Shown here piece after piece: positions 51,110 to 63,000 of a stretch of 64,000 bases of DNA. The stretch is from an uncultured Planctomycetota bacterium (GTDB lineage Bacteria; Planctomycetota; Planctomycetia; Isosphaerales; Isosphaeraceae): positions 5,536,001 through 5,600,000 of the forward strand of contig CAVTTN010000002.1 in NCBI GenBank assembly GCA_963737655.1. Direction: 5' to 3'. Every line of letters begins with the position of its first letter. Positions within the stretch are counted from its first letter, which is position 1. The position numbers and the translations under genes were made by a program. The notes under the pieces are model-generated. The model saw only the letters and a program-made list of their open reading frames with translations, was not told where the DNA came from and ran no database searches.

Positions 51110-53115
51110 ATGATAAGCCACCACTCCCGCCCGATCCGCCTGCTCCTGATCGAGGACAATGCCACCGACGCCCAGTTGCTGGCCGACACGCTCGGGCACC
51201 TCGCCCCGGGCGGGTTCGCCCTGACTCGCGCCGAGACGCTCGCCCAGGCCGTCGATCGGCTGAAGGCGGGCGGCCTGGACGTGGTCCTCCTCGACCTGGA
51301 CCTCCGCGACAGCCGAGGGGCTCGACACCTTCCGTCGGGTCCGCGATCGGGCCGACCGCGTCCCGATCATCGTCCTCTCGGGCCAGGCCGACGAGGCCCT
51401 GGCCGTCGAGGCCGTCAAGCAAGGGGCGCAGGACTACCTGGTCAAGGGCCAGGTCCTGCCCCGGGCCCTGATCCGCTCGGTCCGCTACGCGCTGGAGCGG
51501 AAGCAGGCCGAGGAGGACCTGAAGCGGGCCAAGGCCCAGGCCGAGGCCGCCAGCCGGGCCAAGAGCACCTTCCTGGCCACCGTCAGCCACGAGGTCCGCA
51601 CGCCGATGAACGGCGTGATCGGCATGGCCGAGCTGCTCCTGGGCTCGGTCCTGGACCGGGCCCAGAGGGAATACGCCCTGGCCATCCGGTCCAGCGGCGA
51701 GGCCCTGCTGAAGGTCCTCGACGACGTCCTGGACCTCTCGCGGATCGAGGCCGGGCGGCTGGCCATCGAGCCGGCCGAGTTCGACCTCGGGGCCGTCCTG
51801 GAGGAGGTCACCGACTTGCTGGCCCCCGGGGCCCAGGCCAAGGGGCTGGCCATCGCCTGCGTGGTCCCGGCCGAGATGCCGGAGCGGCTCGTCGGCGACG
51901 CCGCGCGGGTCCGCCAGATCCTGCTCAACCTCGTCGGCAACGCCGTGAAGTTCACCGAGGCCGGCGAGGTCGTCCTGGAGGCCGAGGCTCGACGACGCCC
52001 CGGGGCCGTCCCTGGCCGTGGCCCTGACCGTCCGCGACACCGGCATCGGCATCCCCGGCGAGTTCCACGGCGCGATCTTCGAGAGCTTCACCCAGGTCGA
52101 TGGCGGCCCGGCGAGGAAGTACGGGGGGGTCGGCCTGGGCCTGGCGATCAGCCGGGACCTGGCGCGATTGCTCGGCGGGCGGATCTCGGTGGAGAGCCGC
52201 CCGGGCTCGGGCAGCGCGTTCCGGCTGGACCTGGAGTTCGGCCGGGCCGATCCGCGCCCCCCGGTCGAGTCGGCCCCGCCCCCCCTGCCCCGCGGCCTGC
52301 GAGTCCTGGCCGTGGGCCGGGCCGACTCCGGCCGCCGCGCCCTGATCGAGCACCTCCGGGCCCTGGGCTGCCGACCCGAGCCGGCCGGCTCGATCGACGA
52401 GGCCCGGGCCTCGGCCCGCTCCGCCCCCCCGGGCGACCCGTTCCGCCTGGCGATCGTCGAGGCCGAGTCCCCGGCCGCCGGCCTGGCGGACATGGCCCAG
52501 GTCCTCCTCCGGTCGTCGCGGGTCCAGCGCGATCGGGCCGAGCCCCGCGACGGCTCGAGCGGCGACGCCCCCGAGCTCGCCAAGCCGGTCCGCCGGGCCG
52601 CCCTGCTCGACGCCATGACCCGGGCCCTCCGCCCGCCTCGGCCCGCCCCGGCCGCGACCCCGCCGAACCTCCCCGCCTCGCCCGTCCCCTGGCCCAGCCT
52701 GGGCTTGCGCATCCTCGTCGCCGAGGACTTCGAGACCAACCGCGTCGTCGCCGTCAAGATGCTCGAGCTCCTCGGCTGCCGGGTCGATGCCGTGGTCAAC
52801 GGCGAACAGGCCGTCTCCGCCGCCGACGCCGTCCTCTATGACGCCGTCCTGATGGACCTGGAGATGCCCGTCATGGACGGCCTGACCGCCACCACCACCA
52901 TCCGCAAGGCCGACCTCCTCCGAGGGCGACGCACGCCCATCCTCGCCTTCACCGCCCACGCCCTGGAGACCGACCGCCAGCGATGCCTGGCCGCCGGGAT
53001 GGACGGCTACCTCGCCAAGCCCGTCCGCCTCCGAGACCTCTTCGACGCCCTCCAGCGCCTGACCTCCAGCCGATCGGCCGGCAAGCTCGCCTCCATGCTC
53101 GAGACCGCCGGATAG
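51110..53115 (+). CDS. Hybrid histidine kinase REC-HisKA-HATPase-(degenerate REC)-REC (apparent frameshifts near 51320 and 51990)
   Basis: [64 protein letters not shown]. Confidence 0.88.
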
Positions 53116-53337
53116 GTCAGTCTGCGCCCCAGGCTCCACTCCTTCCCGGAGGAGAATTCTTCGGAAGTGTTCTGGGCGGCATGGGTTCCGAAGACGGAAC
53201 CCGAGGGCCGTCCCTCGCGGGTTCCCGAAGACGAAACCCGTGCCACCCGGCATCCTTCCGGCCGAGGCCTCCGGAGGAGGAAACGGCCCGCCCCCCCGAT
53301 TGTGTCGCGACCGCCCGGCGGCTAAACTAGCGTTCCT

Positions 53338-55119
53338 ATGCATAAAGGCGTGGCCGTCAGCCCCGGAGTTGTCGTCGGGGTCGCTCATCGGGTCGAGTCG
53401 ATCTTCGGCGCGGGGGAGCCGGTCGGGCTGTCCGACCCATCCCTGATCCCGGCCGAGATCGAGCGGTTCGACCGCGCCGTGAGCGTCTCGGCCGCCGAGC
53501 TGGAGGCGATCGTCCTGAAGGTCGCCCAGCAACTGGGTGCGGCCGAGGCCGAGATCTTCGAGAGCCACCTTCGATCGTCAGCGACAATCGATGGTGCCGA
53601 AGGTCCGCGCGAACTGATCGAGTTGCAACGGCTCACGGCGCTCTCCTCGCTCCAGTCCGTGCTCCAGGACTACGCCGCCAGATTCGCCCGGATCGAGCAC
53701 GACTACTTCCGCGAGCGGCTGGCCGACCTCCGCGACGTGATCTCGCGGATCGGCTCGCACCTGAGCCTTCCCGACGGCCCCGCCTCGGCCATCGACGGCA
53801 TCAGCCCCGGCAAGCCCGACGGCGATTCGCCGATCATCCTCGTGGCCCACGAGATCCTCCCCAGCCAGGCCATGAGCCTGGGCAACCTGCCGATCGCCGG
53901 GATCGTCACCGAGACCGGCGGCGGCACCAGCCACGCCGCGATCCTCGCCCGGAGCCGAGGCATCCCGGCCGTCTCCGGCTGCGTCGGGATCACCGCCGAC
54001 GTCCGCTCGGGCGACCCGATCATCGTCGACGGCCGCGAAGGCGTCGTCCTCGTCCGGCCCGATTCCGAGACCATCTCCGCCTATCGCAAGATGCAGCGCG
54101 AGTTCTTCGACCTCAAGGACCGCCTGGTCCTCAATCGCGACCAGCCGGCCACCAGCGCCGACGGCGCGCCAGATCGAGCTCCTGGCCAACATCAACAACC
54201 TCGTCCGACGCCCAGGCCGCCGAGAAGGTCGGCGCCACCGGCGTCGGCCTGTTCCGGACCGAATACCTCTTCCTCACCCACCAGGACGTGCCCGACGAGG
54301 AGGAGCAGTACCAGCACTACCGCCAGATCATCGAGGACCGCCCGGCCGGATCGTCACCATCCGGACCCTCGACCTCGGCGGCGACAAGACCGTCCCCTAC
54401 CTCGGCCGACGCAACGAGGCCAACCCGTTCATGGGCTGGCGGTCGATCCGCCTCTCGTTCGAGCACCCCCGGCTCTTCGAACGGCAGATCCGGGCGATCC
54501 TCCGCGCCGGCCGCCACGGCAAGGTCTCGATGCTCTTCCCGATGATCACCACGCTGGAGGAGCTCCGACACGTCAACCGGCTGGTGGAGGAGACCCGGCG
54601 GAACCTCCGTCGCGAAGGGGTCCCGTTCGGCGAGGACGTCAAGACGGGCGTGATGATCGAGGTGCCCGCCGCGGCGGTCTGCATCGACGCGATCTTCCGC
54701 GAGACCGACTTCATCTCGATCGGCTCCAACGACCTGATCCAGTACCTCGTCGCCGCCGACCGCGACAACCCGAAGGTCGCCCACCTCTGCGAGCCGCTCT
54801 AGCCCGGCGATTTTCCGCATCTTGCAGATGGTCCTCGACGCCTGCCAGACGGACCGGGACGCCCGTGACCGTCTGCGGCGAGATGGCCGGCCAGCCGCGA
54901 TCGGTGCTCGTCCTCTTCGGGATGGGCCTGCGGCGGTTCAGCATGAGCCCGGCGTTCGTCCCGACGATCAAGGCCCTCCTGAACGCCGTCACCACCGCCC
55001 AGGCCGAGCGGTTCGCCCACCAGGTCCTCCAGCTCAAGACCAGCGAGGAGATCCGTTCGTACCTGACCGCCCGGCTCCACGAGGTCTCCAGCGACCTGGA
55101 GATGTTCGACTTCTCGTAG
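53338..55119 (+). CDS. ptsP: Phosphoenolpyruvate-protein phosphotransferase (PTS enzyme I, no GAF domain), multiple apparent frameshifts
   Basis: GVAVSPG, phospho-His TSHAAILAR, GVGLFRTEY, RTLDLGGDK, EANPFMGWRSIR, MIEVP, SIGSNDLIQY, CGEMAG across shifted frames. Confidence 0.92.
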   Translation: MHKGVAVSPGVVVGVAHRVESIFGAGEPVGLSDPSLIPAEIERFDRAVSVSAAELEAIVLKVAQQLGAAEAEIFESHLRSSATIDGAEGPRELIELQRLTALSSLQSVLQDYAARFARIEHDYFRERLADLRDVISRIGSHLSLPDGPASAIDGISPGKPDGDSPIILVAHEILPSQAMSLGNLPIAGIVTETGGGTSHAAILARSRGIPAVSGCVGITADVRSGDPIIVDGREGVVLVRPDSETISAYRKMQREFFDLKDRLVLNRDQPATSADGAPDRAPGQHQQPRPTPRPPRRSAPPASACSGPNTSSSPTRTCPTRRSSTSTTARSSRTARPDRHHPDPRPRRRQDRPLPRPTQRGQPVHGLAVDPPLVRAPPALRTADPGDPPRRPPRQGLDALPDDHHAGGAPTRQPAGGGDPAEPPSRRGPVRRGRQDGRDDRGARRGGLHRRDLPRDRLHLDRLQRPDPVPRRRRPRQPEGRPPLRAALARRFSASCRWSSTPARRTGTPVTVCGEMAGQPRSVLVLFGMGLRRFSMSPAFVPTIKALLNAVTTAQAERFAHQVLQLKTSEEIRSYLTARLHEVSSDLEMFDFS

Positions 55120-55481
55120 GGTGCCGGGAATGCACCCACGTCAATCCCCGACGCGGCCTCGGATCGCCACCCCTACCATGTTGCGAACCGCCCCCGGCGT
55201 TGCTACCCTAGCCGCAGCCCGGAAAGAGGCCGCGAAACCGGCCGATCCGGGATTCCCGATCGCGAGAATCCGCGAACCGAGCATTCCCGAAATCGGGAAG
55301 GGCCGCCCGACCCGGCGGCACGTTCGGTTCGATCCAAAATGTTGGAATGCCAGGGACTTGAGGCAAGACTTCCCCCCCGGCATCAATGTTGCCTGAGAGC
55401 CTTATCCCTTCCCGCCCGCGCAGGACCGCGAATCCGGCATCCCGGGCGCCTCGCCCGACCGACCCGGCTGGGACTACCTTC

Positions 55482-56729
55482 ATGGCTGACCGACCGAGCA
55501 TCAAGGATATCCTCGCCAAGGCCCGGGCCGGCGGCGCGGCCTCGCCCGGCGGCGAGCCGATCTCGCAGTCCGAGCGCGAGGCCGGTCCGACCGAGCCGGA
55601 ACCGACCTCGGACGAGCCGATGGAGCTCTCCTCGGCCCCCGAGCCGGCCCCGACCGCCGAGTCGCTCGGCCGACCCCTGACCCTGAAAGAGAAGCTCGCC
55701 GCCGCCAGGACCGGCGCGGCCCCCACGCCCGCCGCCAAACCGGCTGCCGCCAAGGCCGCGCCGAAGGAAGTCGAGGTCCCGGCGGCCGAGGAGGCCGCGC
55801 CCGCCCCGAGGCCGGCGATCCCGACCGATCGGCCGCTGACGCTCAAGGAGAAGCTCGCCGCCGCGAGGACCGGGGCCGCCCCGGCCGCGCCCTCCGCCGG
55901 CAAGCCGGCCGCCGCCAAGCCCGCCGCCGGGGCCAAGCCCGCCGCCCCGGCCGCCGCCAAGGCCGCGACCCGCGACCTGCCCCCGCTCGACAAGATCACC
56001 GACCCCCGAGACCTCGCCGAGGCCCTCCGCCGCGCCGGGACCGAGAAGGAAAAGGCGGCCAAGGCCGACGCCGCCACCCGGGCCGCCTCGGCCGCCGGGG
56101 CCACCCCCGCCGGGGCCAAGGCCGCGGCAACCAAGAAGGTCGAATCCAAGGTCATCCCGCCGAAGCCGAGCAAGGACGCCGCCACAGCGCCCTCGCCCTC
56201 GGCGACGGCCACCGCGCCGGCCGTCCACCGCCGCCAGTTCTTCGGCGACGCCTCCTGGGTGATCGCCGGATGGGGCGCCTTCACCGCCGGGATGACCGCG
56301 CTGACCCTGGGATGCGTCCGCTTCCTCTTCCCCAACGTCCTGGCCGAGCCGCCCAGCACCATCAAGGTCGGCCTCCCCACGGACTTCGAGAAGGAGCAGG
56401 TCAACGAGCGCTGGAAGGCCGAATGGGGCTTCTGGATCGTCCGCTCCTCGGCGTATGACGGCGAGGACAAGATCTACGCGATCCAGTCCGTCTGCACCCA
56501 CCTGGGATGCCCGCCGAACTGGCTCTCGGCCGAGACCAAGTTCAAGTGCCCCTGCCACGGCTCGGGCTTCTACATCTCGGGAGTGAACTTCGAGGGCCCC
56601 GCCCCCCGGCCCCTGGAACGCTTCAAGGTCGCCCTGAACGACGGCGGCGAGATCGTCGTCGACAAGAGCCAGAAGTACCAGGAAGAGCTGAAGCAGTGGG
56701 GCGACCCGGACAGCTTCATCATCGCCTAG
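55482..56729 (+). CDS. petC: Rieske iron-sulfur subunit with long Ala/Pro/Lys-rich N-terminal extension
   Basis: Tat-like HRRQFF and [23 protein letters not shown]. Confidence 0.93.
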   Translation: MADRPSIKDILAKARAGGAASPGGEPISQSEREAGPTEPEPTSDEPMELSSAPEPAPTAESLGRPLTLKEKLAAARTGAAPTPAAKPAAAKAAPKEVEVPAAEEAAPAPRPAIPTDRPLTLKEKLAAARTGAAPAAPSAGKPAAAKPAAGAKPAAPAAAKAATRDLPPLDKITDPRDLAEALRRAGTEKEKAAKADAATRAASAAGATPAGAKAAATKKVESKVIPPKPSKDAATAPSPSATATAPAVHRRQFFGDASWVIAGWGAFTAGMTALTLGCVRFLFPNVLAEPPSTIKVGLPTDFEKEQVNERWKAEWGFWIVRSSAYDGEDKIYAIQSVCTHLGCPPNWLSAETKFKCPCHGSGFYISGVNFEGPAPRPLERFKVALNDGGEIVVDKSQKYQEELKQWGDPDSFIIA

Positions 56730-56736
56730 AGGTCCG

Positions 56737-56802
56737 TTCGCAGGGCGGGCCTCGGCCTGCCGTCCCCGGCCTGACTCGGCAGGCCGAGGCCCGCCCTGCG
56801 AA
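56737..56802. repeat. REP-like hairpin, copy 3 (perfect 25-bp arms)
   Basis: ttcgcagggcgggcctcggcctgcc / ggcaggccgaggcccgccctgcgaa, variant of copies 1 and 2. Confidence 0.85.
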
Positions 56803-56943
56803 GAGTTGTCAGTCGTCAGAGTCTCCGTAGGAAATCATCAGGGAACGTGGTGGACGAAGTCGGTCGTGAGAGGCGTGGCCCCCGCCCCCGGTCTCTCGCT
56901 GACAACGGGCAACTTCCCCACTGACAACTCCCAAGGGGTGCTC

Positions 56944-57717
56944 ATGGCCATCGTCGAGAAGATCACCGAGAGCCAGGTCTGGAAGAGCATCTTCCGCCAC
57001 CCGATGCCCAAGGACCGGCGCAATCGCGTGGTCGTGATGCTCACGAACTTCTTCCTCCACCTGCACCCGGTCAGCGTCCGCAAGCAGGGGATCGCGCTGA
57101 GCTACACCTGGTGCATGGGCGGGACGACGTTCTTCCTGTTCATCGTGGAGGTCGTCACGGGCGTCCTCCTGATGTTCTACTACCGGCCCACGCTGGAACA
57201 CGCCTACAACGACATCCTGGCCCTGCGGGACGTCACCACGCTGGGCATCCTGCGGGAATTGCACCGCTGGGGCGCCCACGCGATGGTCATCGCCGTGTGG
57301 CTCCACATGTACCGGGTGTTCCTCACCGGCAGTTACAAGCCGCCTCGCGAGTTCAACTGGGTGATCGGCGTGCTGCTGCTGGTGATGACGCTGTTGCTGT
57401 CGTTCACCGGCTACCTCCTGCCGTGGGACCAGCTCGCCATCTGGGCCATCACGGTCGGCTCGAACATGGCCAGGGCCACGCCGTTCGCGGGGGTCGAAGG
57501 CCCCGGGGCGTCGCTGTTGAAACTCAACGGAGTCAGCCTGATCACCTCGGGTTCCGACGCCAAGTTCGCCCTGCTCGGCGGCCGGTCGGTGGGCGAGATG
57601 ACCCTGAACCGGTTCTACGTCCTGCACTGCGTGGCCATCCCCCTGGCGGTGTCCCTCCTGATCATGATCCACTTCTGGAGGGTCCGCAAAGACGGCGGGA
57701 TCAGCGGGCCGATGTGA
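56944..57717 (+). CDS. petB: Cytochrome b N-terminal subunit (b6-like)
   Basis: [55 protein letters not shown]. Confidence 0.95.
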   Translation: MAIVEKITESQVWKSIFRHPMPKDRRNRVVVMLTNFFLHLHPVSVRKQGIALSYTWCMGGTTFFLFIVEVVTGVLLMFYYRPTLEHAYNDILALRDVTTLGILRELHRWGAHAMVIAVWLHMYRVFLTGSYKPPREFNWVIGVLLLVMTLLLSFTGYLLPWDQLAIWAITVGSNMARATPFAGVEGPGASLLKLNGVSLITSGSDAKFALLGGRSVGEMTLNRFYVLHCVAIPLAVSLLIMIHFWRVRKDGGISGPM

Positions 57718-57748
57718 TCGATCGTCGAGGGGATGGGGAGGGATCGCG

Positions 57749-57997
57749 ATGGTGGACATGTCGCCGACCGCCGAACTGGTGCTCAGGCGTCTCCAGGCCG
57801 AACCCGACCGGCTCCGTTATGACCTGGAGGTCTTCGGGGGCGTGGTCCAGTCCGAGCAACTGGCCATGTTGGACTCCGCCTATGAGCAACTGGGGAAGGC
57901 CGGGTTGGTCGAGCGGTCGGGGTCGTTCATCCGGTTCTTCGGGATGCCGAAGCGGCTCAGCGAGCGAGGGCGGAGCCTCTCGGGATCGATGCCGTGA
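57749..57997 (+). CDS. Small hypothetical protein (possibly winged-helix-like)
   Basis: GGAGG RBS; AYEQLGKAGLVER; stop overlaps the next GTG. Confidence 0.55.
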   Translation: MVDMSPTAELVLRRLQAEPDRLRYDLEVFGGVVQSEQLAMLDSAYEQLGKAGLVERSGSFIRFFGMPKRLSERGRSLSGSMP

Positions 57998-58329
57998 CCT
58001 CCTCCTCGTTGGACCGCTCCCGGACCATGTTGCCTCCCGAAAAATTCCCGAGGGCCATCCTGGAATTCCAGGATTCGTTCGTCCAGGAGAGCGGGTCGGA
58101 GAATCCGTGGGTCCGGGTCATCCTCGTCAACGGGGAAGTCATCTACCTCAAGGGGCTTCGGATCGATCCCTCGCCCACTCTTCCCGGATGGTCGATGTTC
58201 CGGAACGCCCTGCCCCCGTCGTCCCATGCCCTGGTCGCCCGCGATGAGGAGATCCTGAGGGTCGATTTCGAGATCCTGGTCCCCGAGCCCGAACCCCCGC
58301 CGAGGCCGCCTCTGGGCTTCTCGGCCTGA
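57994..58329 (+). CDS. Small hypothetical protein ending in PLGFSA
   Basis: GTGA overlap with the previous ORF; beta-rich VRVILVNGEVIYL; alternative start 58027. Confidence 0.55.
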   Translation: MTSSSLDRSRTMLPPEKFPRAILEFQDSFVQESGSENPWVRVILVNGEVIYLKGLRIDPSPTLPGWSMFRNALPPSSHALVARDEEILRVDFEILVPEPEPPPRPPLGFSA

Positions 58330-58375
58330 CCGAAACCCCGAGACCTATTCCGCCGACCGGCTCCCAGAGACGACC

Positions 58376-59968
58376 ATGCACAACTCCGACCTCAACTCGG
58401 CCGTGACGGCCGGCCTCGGCTGGTACTACCTGCTGGCCGCGATGCTCAACGCGGCGGCGGCGGCCTACGTGGCCTACATGGAGATGGTCTCCGAGGGGGC
58501 CTCGCGCGCCGGCCTCGCCCCCCGGACCCGCAAGCTCCCCGACTGGCTCGTGGTGAGCTTCTCGGGCCTTTACGGGCTGGCCATGCTCGTGATCCTCGGC
58601 CGCTCGATGATCGGGCCCGACGCCCTGAGGATCGCCTACGGCCTCTGCGCCCTGGCCAACGTGATCGTGGCCATCGCCGCCGGGGCCGACGCCGCCCACC
58701 ACGCCGAGGCCCACGACGCCGGCCACGGCGTCGGCTCGGAGTTCGGCGGGCCCTCGCTCGACGACCACATCCCGGCCGTCGGCCTGGGCAAGCCGATCAA
58801 CCGGACCCTCTGGACCCTGATCTGGGCGGTCTCCGCCGTGATCTTCCAGGCCATGGGCGTCGTCTACATCCTCGACCGGCAGTTCAGCCTGCCGCTGTTC
58901 CTCCGCGACATCGTCGACTTCGTCTCCGGCCCCACCACGTTCTTCGTCGGCGCCACGGCGGCCTTCGCCGCGATGATCGCCTACCGCAAGCTCTTCGCCA
59001 ACGGCGTGTTCGCCTGGGGCCTGGTCAACGCCTTCCTCCTGTTCTTCGGCCTGAGCGTCACCGACAAGGACTTCCGGGGCATCGTGACCGCCCCGGACAA
59101 CGTCCCGATCGTCGGCATGATCATCCTCGTCGGCTTCTTCACCTGGCTGAGCCTCCGCCGGGCCGTGATCAACGACTCGCGGATGGCCCTGGGCCTGCCC
59201 AACCTCGAGGAGATGGAGCCGGAGAAGACGCTGACCTGGCCCGACCTCGTCTATACCGAGCTGATCGCGATGGTCATCCAGACGATCGTCCTGGTCGTCT
59301 GGGCCATCGCCTTGCAGGCCCCCCTGGAGCAGCCGGCCAGCTCCACCTCCGCCCCGAACCCCTCGAAGGCCCCGTGGTACTTCCTCGGCCTCCAGGAGAT
59401 GCTCGTCTATTTCGACCCCTGGATGGCCGGCGTCGTCCTGCCCACAATGATCATCGTGGGGCTGATGGCCATGCCCTACATCGACACCAACAAGCAGGGC
59501 AACGGCTACTACACCATCGAGCAGAGGAAGTTCGCGTACGTGACATTCCAGTACGGCTGGCTCGTCCTCTGGGTCGTCCTGATCCTCCTGGGGACGTTCC
59601 TCCGAGGCCCCAACTGGAACTTCTTCGGGCCTTACGAATACTGGGACGTCCACAAGGTCATCCCCCTGAACAACGTCAACCTCTCGGACATCGTCTGGAT
59701 CCAGGTCCTCGGCACCAGCCGGCCGGACAACATCCTGCTCCGCGAGGCGCCGGGCTTCCTCGTGGTCCTGGCCTACTTCGTCCTCACCCCCCTGATCCTG
59801 GCCCGGACGTTCTTCCGCAAGTACCTGGAACAAGCCGGGTTCCTGCGATATTCCGTGCTGGCCGTGCTGATCCTGTTCATGGCCAGCCTGCCGATCAAGA
59901 TGGTCCTGCGATGGACCATCAACCTGAAATACCTGGTGGCGATCCCGGAATACTTCTTCAACATCTAG
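58376..59968 (+). CDS. petD: Cytochrome b C-terminal subunit (subunit IV-like) with extra TM helices
   Basis: TWPDLVYTE, APLEQPA...PNPSKAPWYFLGLQE, PYIDTN, GTFLRGPNW. Confidence 0.88.
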   Translation: MHNSDLNSAVTAGLGWYYLLAAMLNAAAAAYVAYMEMVSEGASRAGLAPRTRKLPDWLVVSFSGLYGLAMLVILGRSMIGPDALRIAYGLCALANVIVAIAAGADAAHHAEAHDAGHGVGSEFGGPSLDDHIPAVGLGKPINRTLWTLIWAVSAVIFQAMGVVYILDRQFSLPLFLRDIVDFVSGPTTFFVGATAAFAAMIAYRKLFANGVFAWGLVNAFLLFFGLSVTDKDFRGIVTAPDNVPIVGMIILVGFFTWLSLRRAVINDSRMALGLPNLEEMEPEKTLTWPDLVYTELIAMVIQTIVLVVWAIALQAPLEQPASSTSAPNPSKAPWYFLGLQEMLVYFDPWMAGVVLPTMIIVGLMAMPYIDTNKQGNGYYTIEQRKFAYVTFQYGWLVLWVVLILLGTFLRGPNWNFFGPYEYWDVHKVIPLNNVNLSDIVWIQVLGTSRPDNILLREAPGFLVVLAYFVLTPLILARTFFRKYLEQAGFLRYSVLAVLILFMASLPIKMVLRWTINLKYLVAIPEYFFNI

Positions 59969-60058
59969 AGGAGCCCGAAGCGCCGAGATCCGGTCGTCGA
60001 GTCGCGATCGCAGGCCGCCCCGATCCGCTCGCAAACCGGCCCCGGCACTCGGAATACG

Positions 60059-63000
60059 ATGCCAGCGACCGAAGAAACCTTTCGCAAGCAATCGACGCTC
60101 CACCTCGTCTTCGCCGTCTCGTCCATCGCGATGACGGCCGTGACGATCTGGATGATCATGGCCGACCACCTCCGGCCCTGGAAGAACGTCCAGCGCGATT
60201 TCCAGAAAATCGAGACGGCCAAGCTCAAGGCCAACGAAGACCAGAAGCTCCAGGAGCAGCAGGAGAACTCCTCGGCCCAGATCGAGGCGATCGACAAGAA
60301 GGTCGAGGCCCTGGACGCCCTGGCCGCCACCAACGCCCGCAAGATCGCCAACATCGACGCCGAAATCGCCAAACTTGGCGGTACTCGCGAGCGGCTGGAC
60401 ACCGAACGCAAGTTCCAGAAGGCCGGGCTCGACAGCCTCCGCAGCTTCTACGACGGCATGATCGACCGCAACGAGCGGCCCCGGGCCAACGACTTCCTCG
60501 CCGGGACGATCGTCCCGAGCGAACGGACGTTCGAGACGATCGTCCGCGACTACGAGGCGGCCGTCCGCGACCTCGATCGCAAGAAGCTCGACCGGGGCTT
60601 GCTCGCCGCCGAGGTCGTCGAGGTCGCCGACACGCCGCCGCCGGGCACCCCGGCGGCCGTCGCCGGGTTCAAGAAGGGGGACACCCTCCCGGTGGCCGAA
60701 TTCGAGAAGCTCCGCAATGAGGCCGAGGCCGCCATCGCCCCGCCCAAGGGCCAGCCCGCTCGCGAGGCCAACGTCTCGGTCACCGTCCTCCGCTCGACCG
60801 TGACCAAGGGGGCCGACGGCAAGCCCGAGATCACGACCAAGTCCGTCCCCCTGACCCTCAATGTCAAGCCGGGCGCCCTGGCGAAAGATGACCAGAACCG
60901 CGCCGGGGGGTTCGAGACCATCGGCCTGCCCGTGACCGCCGTGACTTCCGAGGTCCTCAAGAAGAAGCGGGAAGACCTGACCCGCGACCGCGACCGCGTG
61001 GCGCGGGCCCTGGCCCAGAAGCAGGCCCAGTACGGCGAAGGCTCGGGTTTCGGCGGCTTCCTCAACCGCTCCCTGGCCACCCTCCGCGGCCTGCCGATCA
61101 TCGACCTGGCCGCGCCCCCGACCAAGATCCAGCAGATCAGCCTGCCGGAACTGCTGATCAATTACAACTTTAAAGAAGTCCCGAGGTACGACCGCTGCAC
61201 CACGTGCCACCTCGGGATCGACCGGCCCGGCTACGACAAGACGGCCGACGGCCAGCCGATGCCGGCCGTCTTCCACACCCACCCCCACCTCAAGGACGGC
61301 GCCAGGGCGCCCGACGCCCGGGGGAACATCGTCACCGTCGGCCTGTACCTCGATAGCGACGGCCCCCACAAGATCAACAGCTTCGGCTGCACGATCTGCC
61401 ACGGCGGCCAGGGCTCCGGCACCTCCTTCACCTACGCCTCCCACGAGCCCGACGACCTCCACGAAAAGGAAGTCTGGGAAAAGAAATACGACTGGACCGA
61501 GATGCACCACTGGGACGAGCCGATGCTCCCCACCCGGTTCCTCCAGTCCAGCTGCCTGAAGTGCCACCACCAGGTCACCGACCTGAACGACGAGCAGGCC
61601 CCCAAGCTCCTGGCCGGCTACCAGAGGATCACCAAGTACGGCTGCACCGGCTGCCACACCATCGGCGGCGAGGGGTCGTTCGGCCCCGACTTGACGGATA
61701 ACCGCCAGGTCGGCCCGAACCTCAAGCACCTCGGGTCCAAGGTCACCAAGGACTGGGCCCTGAAGTGGATCAAGAACCCCCACGCCTTCCGGCCCGACAC
61801 GAGGATGCCCCGGTTCTACGAGGTCTCCAACAACGAGGCCCCGGAGGACCGGCCGAAGGTCCATGCCGAGATCCACGCCATGGCGCACTACCTGTTCGCC
61901 GTGAGCACGCCGCCCAAGGAGTTCGTCGATCCCCCGGTCGAAGGCCACGCCGAGAAGGGCAAGGACCTCTTCTTCTCCAAGGGTTGCATGGCCTGCCACT
62001 CTCACAAGGAGTATGCCCCGGACGGACTTCCGGCCGGTGCCCAGCCGTTCGCCAGCTCCAACTTCGGCCCCAACCTCTCGAACATCGCCGCCAAGTTCGA
62101 CCCGAAGACCGGCTTTAAATGGCTGGCGAACTGGATCAAGAACCCCGAGGCGTACCATCCCAAGAGCCTGATGCCCAACCTCCAGCTCTCCTGGGAGGAC
62201 TCGGCCGACATCGCCGCCTGGCTGCTGTCGGTCAAGCCCGACTCGGTGCCGGCCCGGTGGTCGGAGGGGGAATTCCAGGTCCCTCCGGTCGATTCCGAGG
62301 AGGTCAAGGCGGGACTGGACGAGCTGGTGAAGCTCTACCTGGGCAAGTCCAAGACCTACAAGAGGCGGACGGTCCTCCTCAGCGAGGTGGATAAGACGGT
62401 CGCCGAGATGTCTCTGGACGACAAGCTCACCTACGTCGGCGAGAAGACGATCAGCCGCCTCGGCTGCTTCGGCTGCCACAACATCACCGGCTACGAATCC
62501 GCCAAGCCGATCGGCACGCCGCTCAACGGCTGGGGCATCAAGAGCCCGTCCAAGCTGGACTTCGGCCACATCGCCGAGTACCTCGAAGAGAATCGGACCC
62601 TCAAGGACCCGGCCGGGACCGCCGGGCCGGCGGCCCACGACGACCTGCCCCGCAAGGGCCGGGCCCACGCCGTCGTCGGCGGCGAGGGAGACGGCGAGAA
62701 GGTCGCCGACTACGACGGCACCGACGAGTATTACAAGGAAAAGATCGACGACCACACCCGGATGGGCTTCCTCTACCAGAAGCTCCACCGCCCCCGCTCC
62801 TACGACGCCGGCAAGAACAACCCCGACCTCAAGAGCTGGGACGACCGGCTGAGGATGCCCCAGTTCGTCTGGGCGAACGACCCGAAGGCCGTCGAGGAGG
62901 TCATGACGTTCGTCCTGGGCCTCACCGGCGAGCGCATCCCCGCCAAGTACCTGCCCAGGTACAACCCGACCACCACCGCCGTGGCCAAGGGGGAGCGGCT

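Noticed and set aside
53338..55119. Programmed frameshifting or pseudogene status for ptsP
   Set aside because: Breaks are scattered without evident slippery sites and match the window-wide indel pattern
56803..56943. N-terminal extension of cytochrome b from 56806
   Set aside because: The region has gagttgtcagt/actgacaactc inverted ends typical of intergenic repeats; ATG 56944 has an AAGGGG RBS and the conserved start
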